A stretch of DNA of 63,373 nt, counting the filler, from an uncultured bacterium (GTDB lineage Bacteria; DAOPZR01): the NCBI GenBank assembly GCA_964637655.1. It is 3 parts of 3 records of this genome, joined end to end, with 100 filler letters (N's around TTAATTAATTAA, not from the genome) between each part and the next. Parts side by side here need not be neighbours in the genome. Positions count along the whole stretch, not along the records: positions 21,961 to 42,798 come from CAZWUZ010000026.1; positions 42,899 to 63,373 come from CAZWUZ010000027.1; 1 more part is not named here. One strand, written 5' to 3'. This document shows positions 37,141-46,697 of this stretch, piece by piece. The notes beneath the pieces were generated by a model that saw only the letters and a program-made list of their open reading frames with translations, was not told the DNA's origin and searched no databases. Every line of letters starts with the position of its first letter. The stretch's first letter is position 1. Made by a program: the position numbers and the translations under genes.

Positions 37141-40100
37141 ATGATGCGGACACTATGGGCCGGGGTTACCGGCCTTCAGGTCCACCAGGCGAAGATGGAC
37201 GTGATCGGCAACAACATCGCGAACGTCAACACGGTGGGCTTCAAGAAGTCGGAAGTCATTTTTGAGGATCTGATGAGCCAGACGATGGAAATCGCCCACG
37301 GCCCGAGTGACGGGCTGGGCGGCACGAACGCGATGCAGGTCGGCCTCGGGGTGCAGACGGGATCAATCTCCCAGGTGCACACCCAGGGGCAGCTGCAGAC
37401 GACCGGCAAGAACACCGACCTCGCCATCTCGGGGAACGGGTTCTTTGTCGTCGCCGGCGGCAACGCCGACGACCTGCACTACACGCGCAACGGGTCGTTC
37501 CACCTCGATTCCGAGGGGACCCTCGTCGCCGCCAGCGGCCACAAGGTGCAGGGGTGGATGTCGGCCCCCGACCCGGTGTCGGGCGACATCGTGGTCAATT
37601 CGTCGACCAGCCCCATTCAGGACATCCAGATCAAGGTCGGGGACACCATCCCCGCGCGCGAGACGCAGAACGTCATTTTCTCGGGGAACCTCAACAGCAA
37701 CAACGGTCTGGCCATCGAGCCGCTGGTGGTCGAGTTCACCCAGGACAACATCTCGCGCAAGATCCAGATGAATTTCGAGCACGCGCACCCGACGCTGAAC
37801 TACTACACCTACACGGCGACGTGGTACGAGAACCCGCCCAACGGCTTCGAGGTCGGGGACGCGGTCATCGACCGCAACACCGGCATTCAGGCGCAGGGCA
37901 TTCTCGAACTGGACGCCAACGGGCTGGTCATCGGGCACTACAAGAACACCGATCTGGCCAGCAGCGTCAACGCGGTGCTCAAGGAAAACCTCTATTCGCT
38001 CGACAGCGCCAGTACGATCGACCTCAACGCGGTCAACGCCGATGACAACAGTTCGCCGAGCACCGGCATGTTCCGCCTCCGCTTCGAGGACCCGGCGGAC
38101 ACGCAGGAGTATACGCTCTACTACAGCGCGGATTACGACTACAACAACCCCGGCAACGCCACCTGGCAGTCGCAGGGGACGGGGCGCACCAATCAGGACA
38201 GTACGTTCGGGGACGTCAACATCACGGTCAAGGCGTCGGACTGGCGCGGGCTGGCGGTGGTCAACGACACGCTCTATTTCGAGGTGGCGGCAGGGAACGG
38301 CAACGGCATCCTCGACCTCCCCTCGGAGATCCCCAAGGCCGAGGATGACAACCCGCTGCTGCGCGCCAGTGCGCCCGAGGCGAACGCGCTGAACGGGGGG
38401 ACGGCGGTGCTGTCGGGGGTCAACGTCAACACGACGCAGGCGCAGACCGCGCCCTCGCTGCCGGACATCACCGGCACGCCCAACTACACCTTCCGCAACT
38501 GGCGCGTGCGCTTCGTCACGCCGACCACCTACTCGGTGGAATACGCCAACTATACCAACCCGTTCGACCCGACGGACGCGGGCAACACCTGGACGCGCAT
38601 CGGGGCGCTGACCTCGGCGACCGGCACACCGACCAACAACCCCGGCAACGCCGGCACAGCGACGCTGGACGCGGTGACCGTCGGCACGGCGGCAGTACCG
38701 GGCGACGCGTTCGTCATCACCTTTACCGGGGCCAACACCTACAACGTGTCGGTCAACGGCGGGCCGCCGGTGGCGGGGAACACGGGTGCCGACCTGGTGG
38801 TCAGCGGCGTGACGATTCCGGCCGGGTCATGGACCAACCCGAACGGCGGCGTGATCGGCGACTCGGTCAGCTTCACCATCGCGGGCTATGCCACGTACGA
38901 TGCGGCCAACAACGTCGACAACGATTTCAGCGATGCGATCCACGGCATCCAGATCCCCGAGGAGAATTTCACCGGGACGGCGCAGGCGGGGGATCTGCTC
39001 CACTTCCGCGTCAGCTACGCAACCTCGCCGAGCTACAACCGCGACTTTTTCACGGTGAGCGACATCGTCACGCAGTTCGACAACAACATCGCGGCCGGCG
39101 GCGGCAATGCCGGGACGGCCGTGCTGTCGGCGGTCGACGTGGACGGGACGGCACCGGCGGACACCTGGACGGTCACCTTCAACGCGGACGGGACGTTCAA
39201 CATCGCCGGCGCGACCACCGGGGCCATCGGGGTGAACGTGTCGCCGGCGGCGACGTTCAGCGCGCTCGGGCTGGAGATCCAGTCAAGCTACTGGACGGGG
39301 ACGGCGAACGCGGGCGACACCTTCACCTTCAGCACCAGCGCCAACACCGTGCTCACCGACATCGTGGTGCCGAGCGGCAACACGCAGTCGGAATCGATCA
39401 CCTTCGTGCCCAACACCGCCGACACGACGATGAACCAGGCGGACGCGGGCAACCCGGTATCGACGACGGTCAAGAACCGCGATGAGTACCAGTACGCGAC
39501 CTCGGTCAACACCTACGATTCGCTCGGCGCGGCGCACACCCTGACCTTCTACTTCGAGCGCAAGAGCACCAACGAGTGGATGTGGTCGGTGATGGACCCG
39601 ACCCCGAAGGACCCGAACGACGTCAAGATGGCGGGCTACGGCATCCTCGCGTTCAAGGAGGACGGGACCTACGACTCGGCCAACTCGGTCACCTACAACA
39701 GCGAGGTCGGGCAGGACTCGCCGACGCGCCCCTCCAACCTGCAGACGGTCATCTACGACCCGTCGGCGTGGGGCGGGGCGCCCCCGACGGAGAACGGGGC
39801 CGGTCGTGTCGAAATCAACCTCGACTTCGCCGATCTGGTGCAGTACGCGGCGCAGAACGACGGGGAGGTCTTCTCGCAGGACGGCTCGCTCAACAGCTTC
39901 ACCATCAACCAGCTCGGCTATGTCACGGGGCTGTATGACAACGGGCAGACGATGGACATCGCCCGCGTCGCGCTGGCGACGTTCAACAACCCGTCCGGGC
40001 TGATCACCGAAGGCGGCTCGCTGTACCGCACCTCGGGGAACAGCGGCGTGGCGCACATCGGGGTGCCGGGCACGGCGGGGCGCGGCAGCATCACCGGCGG

Positions 40101-40239
40101 GTCGCTGGAAATGTCGAATGTCGACCTGTCAGAGGAGTTCACCAACATGATTGTCACCCAGCGCGGGTTCCAGGCGAACTCGCGCAGCATCACCACCGCG
40201 GACCAGATGCTGCAGGAACTGCTGGGGCTGAAGCGGTAG
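37141..40239 (+). CDS. flgE: Flagellar hook protein FlgE, unusually large (1032 aa)
   Basis: MMRTLWAGVTGL...MDVIGNNIANVNTVGFK; C-terminal LEMSNVDLSEEFTNMIVTQRGFQANSR; RBS GAGGAGG. Confidence 0.95.
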   Translation: MMRTLWAGVTGLQVHQAKMDVIGNNIANVNTVGFKKSEVIFEDLMSQTMEIAHGPSDGLGGTNAMQVGLGVQTGSISQVHTQGQLQTTGKNTDLAISGNGFFVVAGGNADDLHYTRNGSFHLDSEGTLVAASGHKVQGWMSAPDPVSGDIVVNSSTSPIQDIQIKVGDTIPARETQNVIFSGNLNSNNGLAIEPLVVEFTQDNISRKIQMNFEHAHPTLNYYTYTATWYENPPNGFEVGDAVIDRNTGIQAQGILELDANGLVIGHYKNTDLASSVNAVLKENLYSLDSASTIDLNAVNADDNSSPSTGMFRLRFEDPADTQEYTLYYSADYDYNNPGNATWQSQGTGRTNQDSTFGDVNITVKASDWRGLAVVNDTLYFEVAAGNGNGILDLPSEIPKAEDDNPLLRASAPEANALNGGTAVLSGVNVNTTQAQTAPSLPDITGTPNYTFRNWRVRFVTPTTYSVEYANYTNPFDPTDAGNTWTRIGALTSATGTPTNNPGNAGTATLDAVTVGTAAVPGDAFVITFTGANTYNVSVNGGPPVAGNTGADLVVSGVTIPAGSWTNPNGGVIGDSVSFTIAGYATYDAANNVDNDFSDAIHGIQIPEENFTGTAQAGDLLHFRVSYATSPSYNRDFFTVSDIVTQFDNNIAAGGGNAGTAVLSAVDVDGTAPADTWTVTFNADGTFNIAGATTGAIGVNVSPAATFSALGLEIQSSYWTGTANAGDTFTFSTSANTVLTDIVVPSGNTQSESITFVPNTADTTMNQADAGNPVSTTVKNRDEYQYATSVNTYDSLGAAHTLTFYFERKSTNEWMWSVMDPTPKDPNDVKMAGYGILAFKEDGTYDSANSVTYNSEVGQDSPTRPSNLQTVIYDPSAWGGAPPTENGAGRVEINLDFADLVQYAAQNDGEVFSQDGSLNSFTINQLGYVTGLYDNGQTMDIARVALATFNNPSGLITEGGSLYRTSGNSGVAHIGVPGTAGRGSITGGSLEMSNVDLSEEFTNMIVTQRGFQANSRSITTADQMLQELLGLKR

Positions 40240-40253
40240 GGCGGGGCTGACGG

Positions 40254-40502
40254 ATGATCCGGCTGACACGGCGTGACGGGAGCGGGTTCTGGCTGAACCC
40301 GCACCTGATCGAAACGTGCGAAGGGGTGCCCGACACGGTGGTCACGCTGGTGACGGGCAGGAAACACGTGGTGAAGGAAACGTGCGAGGAACTGGTCCGG
40401 GCGGCGGTGGCCTACCGCCGCCGCCTGGGACCGCTCGTCGCGCAGGAGGACACGGGCACGTCGACAGCGTGCACCGGGGACGAGGTGAACCATGGCGGTT
40501 GA
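40254..40502 (+). CDS. flbD: FlbD (SwrD)-family flagellar protein
   Basis: MIRLTRRDG..FWLNPHLIE..E..PDTVVTL..G...VVKE. Confidence 0.9.
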   Translation: MIRLTRRDGSGFWLNPHLIETCEGVPDTVVTLVTGRKHVVKETCEELVRAAVAYRRRLGPLVAQEDTGTSTACTGDEVNHGG

Positions 40503-41019
40503 TGAAGAAGCCCCTGAAGGCGGCGAAGGCGGCAAAAAGGAAAAGCCCGCGGGCGGCAACCCGCTGGTCAAGATCATTGTCTACGTCGCGCTGGCGCTGG
40601 TGCTGATGGCGGTCTCCGCCTATGTCGCGGCGACCGTGGCGAAGAAGGAGGGGGCGCCGCCGCCGGACACGGCGAACGGTGGTCACCCGCCGGACGAGGT
40701 GGGGAACGAGCGCACCGCGCCCCTGCGCATCATGCCGGTGGGGGAGATCATCACGCAGATCCGCGGCAAGTCGCTGAAAATGACCATCGAACTGGCCTTC
40801 GACGCGGAGAAGCATAAGCTGCTGGAAACGGAACTGACAAACCGCAAGCCGCAGCTGCTCGACATGTTCCACCATATCGTGTTCACGGCGACGGCGCCGG
40901 AACTGGCGCCCGAGAATCTGTCGGGATTGAAGGGCAAGATGCTGGAACAGGTCAATGACGTGCTCAAGGACGGACGCATTACGGCCGTCTATATCACCGG
41001 GTATATCTACACCGGGTAG
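40492..41019 (+). CDS. fliL: Flagellar basal body-associated protein FliL
   Basis: N-terminal TM, ELTNRKPQLLD, LKGKMLEQVNDVLKDGRITAVY. Confidence 0.85.
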   Translation: MAVDEEAPEGGEGGKKEKPAGGNPLVKIIVYVALALVLMAVSAYVAATVAKKEGAPPPDTANGGHPPDEVGNERTAPLRIMPVGEIITQIRGKSLKMTIELAFDAEKHKLLETELTNRKPQLLDMFHHIVFTATAPELAPENLSGLKGKMLEQVNDVLKDGRITAVYITGYIYTG

Positions 41020-41028
41020 GATCGGACG

Positions 41029-42150
41029 ATGACAGAACTCCTGTCGCAGGACGAGATCGACAGTTTACTGAACGCCATCTCGTCAGGCGAAACGGTCGAG
41101 GCCCCCGGCAGTGGCGGGGGGGGCGGCGGCGGCACGCCATCGGCGGCGCCGCGCGGGGGCGGTGCGCCCGGGCGGCAGCCGAAGGTCAAGCTCTACGATT
41201 TCAAGCGTCCGGACAAGTTCTCCAAGGACCAGATCCGCACGCTGCAGATGATCAACGAGACCTTCGCGCGCCTGACCACGACCTCGCTCTCGGCGCAGCT
41301 GCGCACCATGGTGCACGTGCACGTCGCCTCGGTCGACCAGCTGACCTACGAGGAGTTCATGAAGTCGATCCCCAACCCGACGACCATCGCCATCGCCTCG
41401 ATGGCGCCGCTCGAGGGGAACTGCGTGCTCGAGATCGACCCGAGTATCGCCTTCACCATCATCGACCGCCTGTTCGGCGGCAAGGGGTGGTCGTCGAACC
41501 TGTCGCGCGAACTGACCGACATCGAGCAGTCGGTCATCGAGCGCATCGTCACGCGCATGCTGCAGAATATGGGCAACGCCTGGGAGAATGTCATCAACCT
41601 GCAGCTCAAGCTCGAGAAGATCGAGTGCAACCCGCAGTTCGTGCAGATCGTGCCGCCCAACGACATGGTCGTGCTGATCACGCTCGAGACCAAGGTCGGC
41701 GAAGTCGAGGGGATGACCAACCTGTGCATCCCGTACATCGTGCTCGAGCCGATCATCGGCAAACTCTCGGCGCAGTTCTGGTACGCGGCGGTACGGCGGC
41801 ACACCTCGAAGGAACACCAGAAGCGGATGCGCTCGCGCATGACCGAGATCGAGGTGCCGGTGGTGGCCGAGGTCGGCACCACGCACGCGCTGCTGCGCGA
41901 CCTGCTGACGCTCAACCGCGGCGACGTGCTGCGCCTCGACCAGCGTTTCGGCACCCCGCTGCAGATCCAGGTCAACAACGAGTATAAGTTCCTCGCCCAG
42001 CCCGGGCTGAGCGGCAGCAAGAAGGCGATCCGCGTCACCGACCTGGTGGCGCAGACGGAAGAGGAAGTGCTGATCCAGGAAGCGGAAGACGCAGCCCGCG
42101 GCGCGGCCGAGCAGGCAGAGGCCACCCGCAACGGAGGAGGCAAACCATGA
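41029..42150 (+). CDS. fliM: Motor switch protein FliM
   Basis: LSQDEIDSLL, YDFKRPDKFSKDQIRTL, VDQLTYEEF, IIDRLFGG, ELTDIE. Confidence 0.97.
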   Translation: MTELLSQDEIDSLLNAISSGETVEAPGSGGGGGGGTPSAAPRGGGAPGRQPKVKLYDFKRPDKFSKDQIRTLQMINETFARLTTTSLSAQLRTMVHVHVASVDQLTYEEFMKSIPNPTTIAIASMAPLEGNCVLEIDPSIAFTIIDRLFGGKGWSSNLSRELTDIEQSVIERIVTRMLQNMGNAWENVINLQLKLEKIECNPQFVQIVPPNDMVVLITLETKVGEVEGMTNLCIPYIVLEPIIGKLSAQFWYAAVRRHTSKEHQKRMRSRMTEIEVPVVAEVGTTHALLRDLLTLNRGDVLRLDQRFGTPLQIQVNNEYKFLAQPGLSGSKKAIRVTDLVAQTEEEVLIQEAEDAARGAAEQAEATRNGGGKP

Positions 42151-42798
42151 CGGCAAGCGCAGGCGGCAACATCCTGTCGCAGGACGAGATCGACGCCCTG
42201 CTCAACCAGAGCGGGAGTGGCGGTGGCAGCGGGAGCGGCGGCGGGAGCGGACTTTCCGCCGACGACGCGAAGCGTCTCGCCGCATTCTACGGCAAGGCGG
42301 TCGATTCCATCTCGACGGTGCTGAGCACCATCAGCCAGAAGACCGTCGACCTGAGCGCCCCGCAGGTGAGCGGGCTCAGCGGCGCGGAGGCGCGGACCCT
42401 CATCCCCGGGCTGAAGGTCATCTGCACGGCCCCGTGGAGCGAAGGCCTGCCGGGCGGATTCTTCCTCATGACCAGCGAGGAGGTGGCGGGGGTGCTCGCC
42501 TCGCTGATGATGGGGGAGGAGGGACGCAAGCCCGAAGAATTGAATGAAATCTACCTGTCGGGCGTTACCGAGGCGATGAACCAGATGCTCGGCTCGATGA
42601 CCAACGCGATGACGGGCCAGCTGCAGGGGCTGACGGTGGTCGCCGGCATGCCCAAGGTCGAAGTCAGCGACCTCGCCGGCGGGGAGGCATTCCCCGCGCT
42701 GGCGGCGGCGGCCGTGACGAAGATCAGCTACAAGATCGATATCGGCGGCCTGGCGAGCGGGGAACTGATTCAGCTCGATACGGCGGAACAGACGCAGG
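42147..42798 (+). CDS. fliY: Switch/phosphatase protein FliY (3'-truncated by contig end)
   Basis: ILSQDEIDALL N-terminus and CheC-like LSGVTEAMNQMLGS motif. Confidence 0.85.
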
Positions 42799-42898
42799 NN
42801 NNNNNNNNNNNNNNNNNNNNNNNNNNNNNNNNNNNNNNNNNNTTAATTAATTAANNNNNNNNNNNNNNNNNNNNNNNNNNNNNNNNNNNNNNNNNNNN
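42799..42898. other. Artificial contig join
   Basis: N44-TTAATTAATTAA-N44 linker. Confidence 0.98.
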
Positions 42899-44382
42899 CT
42901 GAATTTTGTTTCGTCCACCGCAAAAAAGCCGGTACCCGGATCGACCGTGATCGCGCCTTCGGCCACCAGATAATTGAATTGCAGGGCGACACCCCGGGCA
43001 TGCGCTTCGTCAAGCCCGAAGCGGATTGAACGGAAAATACCCGCAAGGTAGGTGGTGGCGAGCGGACGCTCCATGGCCGCCGGCACGAAGCCCCGGTCGA
43101 TCAGGTAGTGCAGGGCAAACAGCCCGGCAATGTCCGCCTTGGCTTCCTCCAGCGCGCTCCCGGTCTCGCGCAATGCCTCGCGCACGCTCGTTGGCTGACC
43201 ATCGACGACAATACTCTGCGGCCCCAGTCCATGCATCAGTTCATGGGCCAGCACCAGCATGAAATACGGTTCGAAGCCCACCTCGCGCTGTTGGGTCGGT
43301 GCAAGCACGCGCGCGGCAATCGGCTGCAGAATATGCCGGAACTTGGCATCCTGAACATTGCGCAACATGACGCGCTTGCAGCCATGCGCGGTGATTACCC
43401 GCACATCGTTGGGCAGGTTGAACGCCGTAGTTGCCGGTATCTTGCAGGCCTCACCGCCGACGGCCACCTCATCGACCACCCGGATGGGGGCAAACGCGCC
43501 CAGGCGCGGATTGCGGTAGCGCGGCAGGATCGGCAGGTGATCCTCAATTTCCTGCAGGTAGCCGGCGAATCCGGCCAGACGCGCCGTTTCTGTATCGTTG
43601 CGCACGGTGATAAAAGCCGTGAATGCCGCCTTGTAGCCGAAGAGTTCGTCCTGATAGGTTTCGTACGGTCCGATGACCACTTCGAGCGGACTGTCGAGTG
43701 ACAGCCACGCGACATCGCTGGCAAAATAATCATTGCTGAGGAAGGCATCAGCGCGCGCGGTCAGATACTCCCGCAACGTGGAACTGCTGGTTGCTGCCGC
43801 CGCCTGGCGCAGCAACGCCGCAGCCGGGAGCAGCAGATCGCGATACGCTTCGCTGTAGGGCACGGTCCGCAGCCGCCCGCTCGCATCGCGGCGGATGACA
43901 TGAAAAAAACCTGTCGCCTTTTCCCGCTCCCCTGCCGGGAGGGTGGCCACCCATGCCGTGAATTCATCCGCGGTCATATCCGCGGGATAAAAATTGGCCT
44001 GGACCGGGCGGTCCGGCACCCCGGCGATAAAAGACGTACGCTCGCCCAGCGACGGCCACGGTCCCATACAGAACTGAAAATGACGGTTCCGGCTGAGTCC
44101 GGCCGGCGTGGTGTCGTTTGCCAGTTGTGCCATGAGCGCTTCATTGCCAGCCCACACTTGCCGCAGGTACAGTCGGTCCATGCTACGCGCCGCCTGCAGC
44201 AGATATGCCAACGCCTGACGGTCGCCGGCGGAAAGGTTGCCCAGTTCACCGGTGAGCGTGGCCGGAACATACTGACTGAACCCGGCCTCCGGCACTGGCG
44301 GCGGCGTCTGCGTCACCTGCTTCAGGCAGCCGCCCATTGCGATGGTCAGGATAAGTGCTGCAAGGAACTGTGCTGTGCGCAT
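42899..44382 (-). CDS. Peptidase M49 / dipeptidyl-peptidase III-like lipoprotein (3'-truncated)
   Basis: Lipobox AMGGC; IGPYETYQDELFGYKA, AFNLPND, LAHELMHGLGP, LEEAKADI. Confidence 0.85.
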
Positions 44383-44441
44383 CGGTCCGCCTCGTCCTGC
44401 TGAAATATTGGAGTAGCGCCACGCCGCTGCCGCGCGGGCAG

Positions 44442-45341
44442 TCACTGCCCCGCCGCCATCACCACTTCGTCACGTCGCGGAATGGATTCCGCCGCGCCGG
44501 CGCGGGTCACGCAGAGTGCCGCGGCAGCGCAGCCGATCGACAAGGCCCGGGCCGGGTCGGCAGTGTGCATATACTCAGCCAGAAAATAACCGATGAACGT
44601 GTCGCCGGCCGCGGTCGTGTCAACAACATGTACGGCGACTGCCGGCTGGCGAAACAGGTGTTCGGCATCGACATAGGCCGCGCCCGCGGCCCCCATGGTC
44701 AGCACCGCCGCCGCCCGGGGAAACTCACGGCGCAGGGCACGGCACACCCCGTCCAGCGTGACCTCACCCGTCAGTCCCCCGGCTTCGGTCTCATTGAGGA
44801 TAAAGAGATCGACCAGTTCCAGGGGATAGTCGCGGACAGCCGCGTGCATGGGCGCGGGGTTGAAGACCACCTTCAGCCCGCGCTCCCTGCCGCCGCGGAT
44901 CGCTGCCGCCACAGCCGTGATCTCATTCTGCAGCAGCAGATACTCTCCGGGCGCACAGGACTGCAGCGCGCGCGCGACATCGGCTTCGCTCATCGTCAGG
45001 TTCGCGCCGCCCGCGAGCACGATGGCATTCTCCCCGGAGGGCACAACCTGGATGATGGCATGACCGGTTGCGGTCTCCGTCACTGCCACGTCAGTGATCG
45101 CCACGCCCTCGTCACGCAGCCGTTCGCGCAGCCACAGCGCATCCGTGCCGATTTTGCCCGCGTGCCGCGTGGCCACCCCGGCACGGGCCAGCGCGACTGA
45201 CTGNNNNNNNNNNTGGTTGAAGCCCTTGCCGCCCGCGAATATCGCATGCGCGGTGCTGGCAAGCGTCTCGCCCGGTCGGACAAAATGGTCGACGGTATAG
45301 ACATGGTCAACGTTGAGCGAACCTATCGTGAGTACCTGCAT
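44442..45341 (-). CDS. rbsK: Ribokinase (PfkB family); spans a 10-N gap at 45204-45213
   Basis: IGSLNVD, GGKGFNQ, TGHAII, LLQNE, NETEA, DTTAAGDTFIG. Confidence 0.9.
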   Translation of the reverse strand: MQVLTIGSLNVDHVYTVDHFVRPGETLASTAHAIFAGGKGFNXXXXQSVALARAGVATRHAGKIGTDALWLRERLRDEGVAITDVAVTETATGHAIIQVVPSGENAIVLAGGANLTMSEADVARALQSCAPGEYLLLQNEITAVAAAIRGGRERGLKVVFNPAPMHAAVRDYPLELVDLFILNETEAGGLTGEVTLDGVCRALRREFPRAAAVLTMGAAGAAYVDAEHLFRQPAVAVHVVDTTAAGDTFIGYFLAEYMHTADPARALSIGCAAAALCVTRAGAAESIPRRDEVVMAAGQ

Positions 45342-45386
45342 CGCATCCTCGCTTCGCCGGTCGCGGTCAGCCGGCGCCCGCACTGC

Positions 45387-45415
45387 ATCCTACCGCGTCA
45401 GAAAGCGGACGTCAA
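45387..45415 (-). promoter_or_regulatory. sigma70 promoter for rbsK
   Basis: TTGACG-N17-TAGGAT. Confidence 0.65.
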
Positions 45416-45443
45416 CAGAATTTCAACACTCCACGTTCCTCAG

Positions 45444-45472
45444 TTGACCGGTGCCAGCACCTGATTTATACT
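45444..45472 (+). promoter_or_regulatory. sigma70 promoter for nagZ (probably leaderless transcript)
   Basis: TTGACC-N17-TATACT-GCCGCCC-ATG. Confidence 0.7.
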
Positions 45473-45479
45473 GCCGCCC

Positions 45480-46613
45480 ATGAAAAGACAAGCCCTGCTC
45501 ATCACGTTGCTCCTGCCGTTCATCGCCGGCTGCGCCCTGCTCTGGCCCTTTCAGACCCTGGACGCCGACCCCGAACTGGACCGGCTCATCGGCCAGTCGC
45601 TTCTCATCGGTTTCCGCGGCACCGAACTGGCCCCCGGCCACCATCTCCTGCGCGACATCAAACAGTACCACCTCGGCGGAGTGATCCTCTACGAGTACGG
45701 GGTGGCCGGTGAAACCGGCACGCGCAACATCGCCTCACCGGCACAGGTCGCCGCCCTCACGGCATCCATCCAGCGCGCCGCACGCGAGGCCGGGGCGCTG
45801 CCGCTCCTCATCGCCATCGACGAGGAAGGCGGGCGCATCTCCCGGCTCAAAGAATGCTATGGTTTTCCGCCCACCGTCTCAGCACAGCGTTTGGGTGAAC
45901 TCGACGATCCCGACACCACCGCCTACCGGGCCGGCCGGCTGGCCGCCACCCTGGCCGCGGCCGGCATCAATCTCAATCTCGCCCCGGTAGTCGATGTCAA
46001 TATTGATTCGCAATCGCCCGCCATCGGCGCGCGGGAACGCAGTTTCAGTGCCGACCCCGCACGCGTCATCCGCCATGCGCGCCAGTACATCGACGCCCAC
46101 CATCGCCATCACGTCCTGACCTGCCTCAAGCATTTCCCCGGACACGGCAGTGCGCGTGACGACTCGCATCTCGGCGTCACCGACATCACCCGCACCTGGC
46201 AGGCCGTGGAACTCGAACCGTATCGCGCCCTCATCGCCAGTGGCGTGGTCGACGCGATCATGTCCGCGCACGTCTATCACCGCGAACTCGACCCGCTCGT
46301 GCCCGCCACGCTCTCGCCCCGCGTCGTCGGCGGAATGCTGCGCCGCGACCTCGGCTGGCAGGGTGTGGTCATTTCCGACTGCCTGCAGATGGGCGCCGTC
46401 AATCGCGAGTACGGGCGCAGCGAAACCGTCGCCCGCGCCCTCAGCGCCGGCGTGGACATTCTGCTCTTCTCCAACAACGGCACGGACTATGAGCCCGACA
46501 TTGTTCCCGAAACCATTCGTCTCATCCGTCACCTCGTCAACGACGGGCGCATCAGCCGCGCGCAGCTCACTGAGTCGGCCCGGCGTATCGCCATGTTGAA
46601 AGGCAAAATGTAA
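45480..46613 (+). CDS. nagZ: GH3 beta-N-acetylhexosaminidase (NagZ-like) lipoprotein
   Basis: Lipobox IAGC; IDEEGGRISRL, NLAPVVD, KHFPGHG...DSH, ISDCLQM. Confidence 0.88.
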   Translation: MKRQALLITLLLPFIAGCALLWPFQTLDADPELDRLIGQSLLIGFRGTELAPGHHLLRDIKQYHLGGVILYEYGVAGETGTRNIASPAQVAALTASIQRAAREAGALPLLIAIDEEGGRISRLKECYGFPPTVSAQRLGELDDPDTTAYRAGRLAATLAAAGINLNLAPVVDVNIDSQSPAIGARERSFSADPARVIRHARQYIDAHHRHHVLTCLKHFPGHGSARDDSHLGVTDITRTWQAVELEPYRALIASGVVDAIMSAHVYHRELDPLVPATLSPRVVGGMLRRDLGWQGVVISDCLQMGAVNREYGRSETVARALSAGVDILLFSNNGTDYEPDIVPETIRLIRHLVNDGRISRAQLTESARRIAMLKGKM

Positions 46614-46697
46614 GCGGGTCCCGCATGTCGGCAACGCGGCCGCGTTCGCCACGGCAGTCCGCAGCGCAAACTGAAACCTCCCCGTCGCCGCCGCCGT

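Noticed and set aside
41041-42194. 21-bp identical repeat at the starts of fliM and fliY
   Set aside because: Explained by the known shared CheY-P-binding LSQxEIDxLL peptide.
45204-45213. Apparent 4-residue insertion in the ribokinase GGKGFNQ motif
   Set aside because: 10-N scaffold gap whose flanks overlap (AACCA / CAG); the true sequence is probably the intact motif.
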